Positions 38,207-45,137 of a stretch of 45,137 bases of DNA are shown piece by piece (the first letter of the stretch is position 1; each line of letters opens with the position of its first letter). The translations under genes and the position numbers were made by a program. Source of the DNA: Candidatus Dojkabacteria bacterium (GTDB taxonomy: Archaea; Nanobdellota; Nanobdellia; Pacearchaeales; GW2011-AR1); the NCBI GenBank assembly GCA_017610445.1, contig JAFCCB010000002.1, positions 1 to 45,137 of the forward strand. Reading direction: 5' to 3'. The notes below the pieces were generated by a model. That model was not told the DNA's origin, made no database searches, and saw only the letters and a list, made by a program, of their open reading frames with translations.

Positions 38207-38656
38207 TTAATTGCCCTTTCTTTTAAACAAAACTATGCTACCTATTACTCCAATTAAAAACAGTATTGGGCAAATAGGAATAGCAATGAGAAAAAATACT
38301 ACATGGAAGATTTCCATCAGATATTTTAAAATAGTAATATGTTCAAAAATTATACCTAAAGCATAAAAAGTGTTATGTAAAATCACACCAATTAAAAATC
38401 CTACTGAAGAAACTCCTGTTAAAAGTAAAAATACTTTTAACTTTCCTTTTACTTTTGATTTTAAAACTAAAAAAATTAATATAATTCCTAATAAAAAGAA
38501 AAGACCCCACAAAGCGAAATTAGTAAATATTATAATCATTCTCATAATCCCCTGAATATCCCCTCCCATTAAAAACATATAAACCATTATCAGAATAAAA
38601 ATTACTATTAATGCATAAAACACCTTTTTCAATCTTCTTAGATTTTTTTCATTCAT
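38207..38656 (-). CDS. 4-TM membrane protein
   Basis: Four hydrophobic helices; LHN motif. Confidence 0.7.
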   Translation of the reverse strand: MNEKNLRRLKKVFYALIVIFILIMVYMFLMGGDIQGIMRMIIIFTNFALWGLFFLLGIILIFLVLKSKVKGKLKVFLLLTGVSSVGFLIGVILHNTFYALGIIFEHITILKYLMEIFHVVFFLIAIPICPILFLIGVIGSIVLFKRKGN

Positions 38657-39011
38657 TTTTCCTCTTTTCTCTTACAAGATACTAATACTATTTAAATATA
38701 TGGAGAAATTATACAAATCATAAGTGCCCCCACCACCAACCATCCACTTTTGGTATTGTAAGGGGACAACTTTTGTTTTAATTGATATTTATTTTATCGT
38801 TGCTGTTAATGGATGCTTAGAATTTATAAATATTGTTGAGATTAATTATATCGATTTTGTTTATTTTGGATAGAACACTTTTTCGCAATATCCTTCTTTT
38901 TGAAGAGATGCTAGGAACTTTAAAAAATTAGAACCATTTATATTTTTTATTGTGCTAGTTTAGCAATCAATTATATTCCTTAATTGCCTAAGATTATCTT
39001 GATATTCTTTC

Positions 39012-39758
39012 TTACCTAACAGCTTCAAATTCAGAATTTTCAGACACAACGCTTTCGGCGTTAAAAACCACCACCCGACCATAGTCGCCGGAATAAGCAA
39101 GGCCATCATAGTTGGAACCCCAGCAGCCACCCCTGTCCAGATAAACCCCCGACAACCCTTTATCTTTAGTCCATAATGTTTTTGCTTTATTTCCAACCTG
39201 AATTTTATCTTTTCCGTAAGCAAATCTTGGGTCATTTACTGCAACAGTGTTGTCTCCTATTTGCACTAATATTCCATAATAATTATCTCCATTATAATCC
39301 CTAGTTAATTCAAGCCCTGAAAGAACTAAAGGGTTATCTGAAGAAAACTCTAATCCTCTTTCTCTTGCCTGCCCGACTAAATTTTCCAAAATCTGAGTAT
39401 TATTTTTCCACGAAGGAGTATCTGTTCTTAAAATTAATTCAGGAGTATCTGTGTAAATTCCATTAAAAAAAGAATTGTCTGCATCATAAATTTTTCCAAG
39501 ATCAGCTAATCTTGCAACTCTTTGACCTTTAGGAAGATATAATTCTGCTTCAGTATTAAAGAAAAATTGTGAACCAGTTCCTTCTTTAGTATTAACTCCA
39601 TTCATTACTGTTTGATAAGCCCTAGAATCTTTACCAAATTTTTCTGCTGTGCCTTCAGCTACTGCCTGATATAACTTAGCATCTGCATAAAAGGCTTCAA
39701 AACCTCGAATCACTTGAGGTTCAACTTTTACTCTATTTATCATAATAAAAATACACAA
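39012..39758 (-). CDS. putative DGR variable (target) protein with a C-terminal CLec-type variable region; start probably ATG at 39743
   Basis: C-terminal GLSGVYLDRGGCWGSNYDGLAYSGDYGRVVV encoded by a GC-rich block of NNY codons and followed by a GAA-loop hairpin. Confidence 0.65.
   Translation of the reverse strand: MCIFIMINRVKVEPQVIRGFEAFYADAKLYQAVAEGTAEKFGKDSRAYQTVMNGVNTKEGTGSQFFFNTEAELYLPKGQRVARLADLGKIYDADNSFFNGIYTDTPELILRTDTPSWKNNTQILENLVGQARERGLEFSSDNPLVLSGLELTRDYNGDNYYGILVQIGDNTVAVNDPRFAYGKDKIQVGNKAKTLWTKDKGLSGVYLDRGGCWGSNYDGLAYSGDYGRVVVFNAESVVSENSEFEAVR
39048..39158 (-). other. putative DGR variable region with downstream stem-loop
   Basis: VR-like block at ~39063-39158; AACGCC-GAA-AGCGTT hairpin at 39048-39062. 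Confidence 0.6.
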
Positions 39759-39884
39759 AAATAGTTTATAAATCTTTTTATCTTGTTACTATTTAATAAT
39801 TAATATTATTTTATTTAACCTTCCCTATACAAAAACATCAACATAGGCATAACTTCATCTTTTTTAGATAGCTCTCTTAAAGCC

Positions 39885-39910
39885 CCCACCAAAATCCTCA
39901 AAATGGTGGG
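39885..39910. terminator. GC-rich inverted repeat downstream of radB (terminator or small repeat element)
   Basis: cccacca...tggtggg. Confidence 0.35.
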
Positions 39911-39927
39911 ATGCCCTCACCTAACAT

Positions 39928-40665
39928 CTACAACCACCCCCTCTTCCTCACCCCTTCATTAACAATCTCAAAATTCAATTCTTTCTCAGGCAGGCTCCTA
40001 TGCTTTCTTATTACAGCTTTTTTCTTCTCGCCAATATTTTGTAATTCAATAATACATTTAGAATAATATTTTAATAAATCTCCTCCAACAACATTAACTC
40101 CTGCTTTTTTTCCAGCAAGCCAGTCTTCTTCAGACAAAAATTCACTATAAACCTGACTTGTAATTAAAACAGGAATCTCCCTTTTCCGAGCAATCTCATA
40201 AAGACACCTCATCTGTTTAGCTAAATCATTATTAACCTGTCTTACTGCATCTTTGCCTTTCTCCCTTGCCTCAGCCAACTCCAGTCTATACAACATAGTC
40301 ATAGAATCTACAATAACCAATCCAACATTTTTGCTCGCTTTCAATTCTTTCAATAATTTAAAAAAAGCATTTTTCTGTTCCTGAAAATTTGTCGGCTTTA
40401 AAATTAAAATATTTTTCAAAACAAATTCAGGAAGCCCTCCTGTAATCTGTTTAACCCTGTCAACAGAAAACCCGGCCTCTGTATCAATGTAAATAACCTT
40501 CTTATCTTTCTTAGCCTGATGACAAGCTGTCAGCATAACAAAATTACTCTTTCCACTTGCATAAGGCCCATAAAATAAAGTTATAATGTCTTTTTCATAA
40601 CCCCCCCCAAGCCACTTGTTCAAATCATAACTTCCAGTCATAATTTTAGTTGCTTCTTCTTTCAT
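39928..40665 (-). CDS. radB: DNA repair and recombination protein RadB
   Basis: LGGGYE, Walker A GPYASGKS, YIDTE, IVDS, TSQV, GG and the RadB-typical KHR basic patch. Confidence 0.92.
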   Translation of the reverse strand: MKEEATKIMTGSYDLNKWLGGGYEKDIITLFYGPYASGKSNFVMLTACHQAKKDKKVIYIDTEAGFSVDRVKQITGGLPEFVLKNILILKPTNFQEQKNAFFKLLKELKASKNVGLVIVDSMTMLYRLELAEAREKGKDAVRQVNNDLAKQMRCLYEIARKREIPVLITSQVYSEFLSEEDWLAGKKAGVNVVGGDLLKYYSKCIIELQNIGEKKKAVIRKHRSLPEKELNFEIVNEGVRKRGWL

Positions 40666-40909
40666 GTTTTTATTATTCCTTATCAATATCTTATTAAAAA
40701 TTGCTTTGTTATAAGTAGCTTAAACTTTTATGTTGTATATTTCTATTCTTGAAAAGTTATTGATACCTTGATAAGAGATTAATTAATTAATAAGGATTGT
40801 TATACTATAAAACATGAATATTTTGTGAACATTGTAAAATTTAAAGAAGAATAGCAATTATCAAATTAACATACTTATCTTCAAAACTAATTAAATTACA
40901 TTTTATAAG

Positions 40910-41061
40910 ATGATATCCTCTCCACACTAAAGTGTGAAGTTTCCTTAATATCTCTTTGCAATTTTAATTTACACACAATAGAACTTAAGATTCTCATCTA
41001 CATATCTCAAAGTTTTGCACATTATTAATACATATCATAAATGATATGGATTTCTTCTGCA
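40910..41061 (-). mobile_element. non-autonomous IS200/IS605-type miniature element, copy 2
   Basis: Same terminal hairpins and a closely similar core to 14760-14915, with unrelated flanks. Confidence 0.75.
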
Positions 41062-41133
41062 ATTAATCAAAAAATTTTAAATTAAATTTATCTTCTTAAA
41101 ATTCAAAAGAATAATCACTTAGATTTTCTAAAA

Positions 41134-41397
41134 TCATTTCGCTTTCTTAAACTCATCACCATATTTTTTCAAATCTTTCTGAGCTTTAGCAATTGCATCA
41201 TGCAGAGCTTTTTTAGCTGTCTTACCTTCTGTTTCTATTCTCATAACAACCGGTTTTGAATAATGCTCTCTTTTCCAAACTCCAAGTTTAACATTTGAAT
41301 CCTGATTTAAATAAACTCTGACTAATTCTGCGATTGTCTGATTGTCTAACTGAACTTCCAGCAAATTTTTCTCATCTTTTAAAATTTTTATTTCCAT
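41134..41397 (-). CDS. rpoL: RNA polymerase subunit L (Rpo11)
   Basis: MEIKIL...NQTIAELVRVYL...EHYSKPVVMRIET pattern; 87 aa. Confidence 0.8.
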   Translation of the reverse strand: MEIKILKDEKNLLEVQLDNQTIAELVRVYLNQDSNVKLGVWKREHYSKPVVMRIETEGKTAKKALHDAIAKAQKDLKKYGDEFKKAK

Positions 41398-41563
41398 TTT
41401 ATATTTTATTTATTATTTTTTAACTAATATCTTTCAAAAATATAAGCTTGTTATGAAAAATTTAAGCTCCTCATCCATATAGCTATTATTCTGATAAGTT
41501 ATAGGTTTATAATAAAATAACTGAGAAAAGTTAGTTTTTAAAGGTTTTCTAAAAACCAACACA

Positions 41564-41605
41564 GTCCGAAAAGTAAATTTTATCCGAATACTGTCCGAAA
41601 AGTAA
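41564..41605. repeat. direct repeat gtccgaaaagtaa x2 with a partial middle copy
   Basis: 41564-41576 and 41593-41605, with atccgaata between them. Confidence 0.7.
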
Positions 41606-41673
41606 TGAGTAAATAATAAAATAATTGTTTAGTTAATGCTAAGTTTTATTAAGGTTTTATTTTTAATAAGAAT

Positions 41674-42378
41674 ATGACACAAAAAGAATGGGAAAAAATT
41701 GGAAGCAAGTGGAGGACAACAAGCAGTAAGATTGCTACAGTATATCCTGCTTTGGAAGAAGTAATGGGAAATATTAAAGGAAAGAGAATTTTAGATGTTG
41801 GATGTGGTGATGGTCATGGTGTTATTTGGTGTAGAGAAAGAGGTGCAGATTGTATTGGAGTTGATTTATCTTTGGATATGATCAAGGCTTGTAAAAAACG
41901 CGATCCAGAAGGAAAATATTTTGTTGAAGATGTGAAAAATCTTAAGACTAAGAAAAAGTTTGATTATATAATTTCAATTATGGTTTTTCTTAGCTTTGAT
42001 AAAAAAGAAGAAATTACAAAAGCCATTAGAAACATGGCTTCTAAACTGGATAAAAATGGAAAACTCATAATGGTTTGTCCTCATCCAGCGTTTGATTGTA
42101 TTAACGAAAATATGGATGCTATGGTTAGCAAGTCAGAAGGAGAATATTCTTATTCTAAAAAAGGATTACCCATAATTTATAAGCATAAAACCGAAGGATA
42201 TACATTAAGAGATTTTCATTGGATGATTGAGGACTATGTAGGATGTATCAAAGAAGCTGGATTAGTCATTGAGGATATATTAGAACCTTTGCCTCTCCCT
42301 GAATCTGAAAAAGAGAATCCCAAATTATATAGGGCAAGAATCAATTTTCCACAGTATATTTTCTTTGTTTGTAAGTAA
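41674..42378 (+). CDS. class I SAM-dependent methyltransferase
   Basis: ILDVGCGDG, GVDLS, FDYII and HP motifs. Confidence 0.9.
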   Translation: MTQKEWEKIGSKWRTTSSKIATVYPALEEVMGNIKGKRILDVGCGDGHGVIWCRERGADCIGVDLSLDMIKACKKRDPEGKYFVEDVKNLKTKKKFDYIISIMVFLSFDKKEEITKAIRNMASKLDKNGKLIMVCPHPAFDCINENMDAMVSKSEGEYSYSKKGLPIIYKHKTEGYTLRDFHWMIEDYVGCIKEAGLVIEDILEPLPLPESEKENPKLYRARINFPQYIFFVCK

Positions 42379-42739
42379 TTATGAATACCTCCTAATAATC
42401 GTCAAATTATAAACCAATGCTTTTAGTAAAACTTCAACATTCATTGCAGTTTCTTTTCTTGACCTTAAATAATTTAAATTCTTTTTCTTAATAGCACTAA
42501 AAACTCCTTCAACTATTACTCTAAATCTATAAGTTTGATTCCAAATCTCTTTATTGTCTTTATATAATCTTAATTTTTCTCTCCATATATCACTTTTTAC
42601 TCTTCTTAATGTAGCATTATTTTGAAAATTACCTAATTCTTGAAAAAATTGTTTTTTGTAAGCTTCCTTTTGGTTTTCAAGAAAAGTATTAAAAGCATAA
42701 TCAACTAAAACTGCAAGATTTTTTCCATAATCTCCCCAT
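42379..42739 (-). pseudogene. truncated DDE transposase remnant (IS4/IS5-superfamily C-terminus)
   Basis: Reading without an in-frame start: ...EIWNQTYRFRVIVEGVFSAIKKKNLNYLRSRKETAMNVEVLLKALVYNL..., containing a Y-R-E-K type motif. The ATG at 42739 is out of frame. Confidence 0.75.
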
Positions 42740-42747
42740 TATTCCCC

Positions 42748-43703
42748 TCATATCAATTCCTCATCAAACTCATCTCTTTTTTCAGGATTTTCATCCTTTT
42801 CTTCTTTCTCCAATAACTCAGCACCACCTAAATAACTTTCCAGCTCTTTTGATTCTTTTTCTTTCATCATTCTCAACTCCTCTTTTCTCGCCTCAATCAA
42901 TTTCTGCCTTTCTTCTATCTTTTTCTTTTCCTCTTCCTGCTCCTGTTTAGTAACCTCAATCTTCCTTCTATTTAATTCCTTTAAATCAGCAATAGTAACA
43001 TCCTCAAAATTAGCTTTCTCAATATCAAACTCTCCTTTTTCCATATTAATTCCACTAAAATCTTTTTCAGGTTCTTCATTTTCTTGCTCTTTTTTTGTTT
43101 CTTCAATTTCTTTAGATTCAAATTCTGGTTCTGCTTCCGCTCCCTCTTTTATCTCGTTAATTTCCAATTCAGGAATTTTCTCTAATTCCTGCCCTTCTTC
43201 ATTTAAAAGAACTGGTTCTTGCTCTTCTTTTTTAACTTGCATAATCCTTTCCATTTCACTAACTTTCCTTAATCTAATCTGAAAAAATTGTTCCAGTTTT
43301 CTAATCAAAATCTCTGCATTTTCAGGAAGTTTTGCTTTCTCAATCATCTGAATAACTATCTCAGACTCACCCAAATTTTCTGCTAATTGTTTCTGAGAAA
43401 GCCCCTTTCTCCTCCGATTTTTCATAATCTCCCAATGAAAATGTTCAATAAGATTCAGTTTTTTCTTTTCAGGAATTTCAAGTTCAGGTTCATTATCTAA
43501 TTTATTCAATTTATCTTCAACAAAAAAACTTTCCTTTTTTTCTTCTTCTGGAATTCCCTTTAGTCTCTTCATTCTCTGATAAACCCCCACCCCTTTTTCC
43601 GACTCTCTTAACTGCCCCAGATTTTCTCCATTCTCCCCTTATATATTGCATCAAAAAGTCTTATCTTATCTCCTGCAACACCGCATCTTACACAATTTTC
43701 CAT
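42748..43703 (-). pseudogene. MBF1-like protein (Zn ribbon + XRE HTH + long acidic tail) with a frameshift near 43615
   Basis: Upstream frame MENCVRCGVAGDKIRLFDAIYKGRMEKI; main frame QLRESEKGVGVYQRM...RRRKGLSQKQLAENLGESEIVIQMIEKAKLP...KLEQFFQIRL. Confidence 0.65.
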
Positions 43704-43762
43704 AAAAAATACACGCAAGTTTAGTTTTTATTATTATTTGCATTAAAAAATATACATTAAAA

Positions 43763-44434
43763 TTACTTTAAATACTGTTCAATATCTTTTATATCGTTTA
43801 AATCAATTATCTTTATTTTTTCATTAATAATTATTGTTAAAGGCTCTTCAATATTATATTTCTTCATTAAACCATCAACTAACTCACTATCCAAATCAAC
43901 ATCAAAAGAATATATCACTAAATCATTATTTCTCTGATAAACAGAAGATAACAAATTTCCTAAATCTTCACCCTCATCAGAATATTCTGGTTTATTTGAA
44001 TAAAAAAATAAAATAGTAGGAATTCCCAGGTTACATTCTTTATTTATTTTTTTTACAAATTCAAAATGTTCTAACTCTATTAAAGAATAAAATTTCTTTT
44101 CAAACAAAACTTTCTGGTTATTTTTGCCCAACTTTCTTTCTAAATCATCAATAATCCTTCCCTGAAATCTTAAATCCTCAGAAACTTTTCTCAATGAATT
44201 ATTAGAACAAATATCCTTGTCAAAAAAAGAATAATCTAGTTTATCTTGAAATATCTGATAAGAAATTTGCCCCTGAGCATTTGAAATTCTTTGAAACTCA
44301 AAATAAGAAATAGAATAAGCTAAAAGAAAACCATTCACAAAAATAAATGTTCCAATTAAAAATGCTAAAATATATCTTTTCCAGCTTTGTATCTTTCTTT
44401 TTTCCATTTTCAAATATAGTTTTTCTTTGTTCAA
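43763..44434 (-). CDS. membrane-anchored protein with a thioredoxin-like C-terminus (no CxxC); start probably 44407
   Basis: TM helix; ILFFYS...YSFD...KYNIEEPLTIIINE pattern. Confidence 0.6.
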   Translation of the reverse strand: MNKEKLYLKMEKRKIQSWKRYILAFLIGTFIFVNGFLLAYSISYFEFQRISNAQGQISYQIFQDKLDYSFFDKDICSNNSLRKVSEDLRFQGRIIDDLERKLGKNNQKVLFEKKFYSLIELEHFEFVKKINKECNLGIPTILFFYSNKPEYSDEGEDLGNLLSSVYQRNNDLVIYSFDVDLDSELVDGLMKKYNIEEPLTIIINEKIKIIDLNDIKDIEQYLK

Positions 44435-44480
44435 ACTTGTCTTTTTTCTAAAAAGAAAGTTTGGTTTATATAAATTTATC

Positions 44481-45137
44481 TTATCTCCAGGAAATTTTTT
44501 TATTTAAACAAACATAAACAATCGAAACTATCCACCAAAATCCAAAGAGAACTGCAAAAAAGAGAAAAAACAAAGGCAGATTAATCACCCATCCAGAAGA
44601 TTTCCCTAATTTTTTTGAAGCGTAAAAAAGATAACCTCCAAGTATAACAAAGAAAAACAATATAAACACAAAAACTGGATTTGAAATTAACAAAAAAATA
44701 AATCTCTCTATAACATATTTATTAATCCCCCATATACTATTAAAATCAAAATTAACATTACTCAAAAGAATTAATTCATCTTTCACATTAAAAAGAGTTT
44801 TAAAAAATAAATAAATAGTAACAATAACAGCAAGAATAATACTAATTACTGCTATAGGTATAACAAACATCCCCATATCTCCATATTTAGGATTTATAAT
44901 CTTTTTATAATCCCACAAATTTTTCATCAAACCAGCATACCATCTTCTCCTTTGTTTAAGTAAATGAAAAAAAGTTCGTGGGGGATTTGTATAAGCCGGA
45001 GCATCAGGATCATTCTCAATTTCATAACCATGACACTGAATTCTAAGAGTTAATTCTAAATCTTCTGTTATATTATTTTCCTTATATCCCCCATATTTAT
45101 TAACAAAACTTTTCCTATAAGCTGAAAAAGCACCAGG
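44481..45137 (-). CDS. processive glycosyltransferase family 2 (PgaC/IcaA/cellulose synthase-like), 5'-truncated by the window edge
   Basis: The frame extends to the window end: PGAFSAYRK...ITEDLE...KQRRRWYAG, followed by TM helices. Confidence 0.9.
   Translation of the reverse strand, partial: PGAFSAYRKSFVNKYGGYKENNITEDLELTLRIQCHGYEIENDPDAPAYTNPPRTFFHLLKQRRRWYAGLMKNLWDYKKIINPKYGDMGMFVIPIAVISIILAVIVTIYLFFKTLFNVKDELILLSNVNFDFNSIWGINKYVIERFIFLLISNPVFVFILFFFVILGGYLFYASKKLGKSSGWVINLPLFFLFFAVLFGFWWIVSIVYVCLNKKISWR

Noticed and set aside
38723-38770. Possible DGR template repeat next to the target gene (ccaccaccaaccat resembles the VR end)
   Set aside because: The match is short and gapped, and the differences are not adenine-specific.
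39918-39927. Integron attC core (GTTAGGT) after radB
   Set aside because: No paired inverse core in the right arrangement, and no integrase in the window.

Overview
Very AT-rich chromosomal segment from a DPANN archaeon, most consistent with Pacearchaeota/Nanoarchaeota. This is inferred from the archaeal core genes and from TATA boxes about 25-30 bp upstream of mostly leaderless genes. Core genes: fen1, polB, map, two cdc48, tfs, rpoL, serS, topA, radB, signal peptidase and tRNA-Lys(CTT). Salvage and transport genes: an MTAP-APRT fusion, pyrE, corA and an aromatic amino-acid permease. Four toxin-antitoxin-type loci: HEPN-MNT, AbrB-MNT, MazF/RHH and HicBA. Signals that the ORF track does not explain: (1) a probable orphan diversity-generating-retroelement (DGR) target gene with a GC-rich NNY-codon variable region and a GAA-loop hairpin; (2) two copies of a ~155-bp non-autonomous IS200/IS605-type element, whose core is echoed in the leader of the cdc48-hsp20-cdc48 operon; (3) an orphan 5' tRNA half with its own promoter next to hicBA, and an orphan 3' tRNA-Gly half; (4) a candidate regulon sharing a TGACATATGTCA operator (HTH_10 regulator, divergent PLP enzyme, lipoprotein-like and membrane proteins); (5) unannotated small ORFs and several frameshifted or interrupted genes. 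All family calls come from motif recognition by eye; no searches were run.
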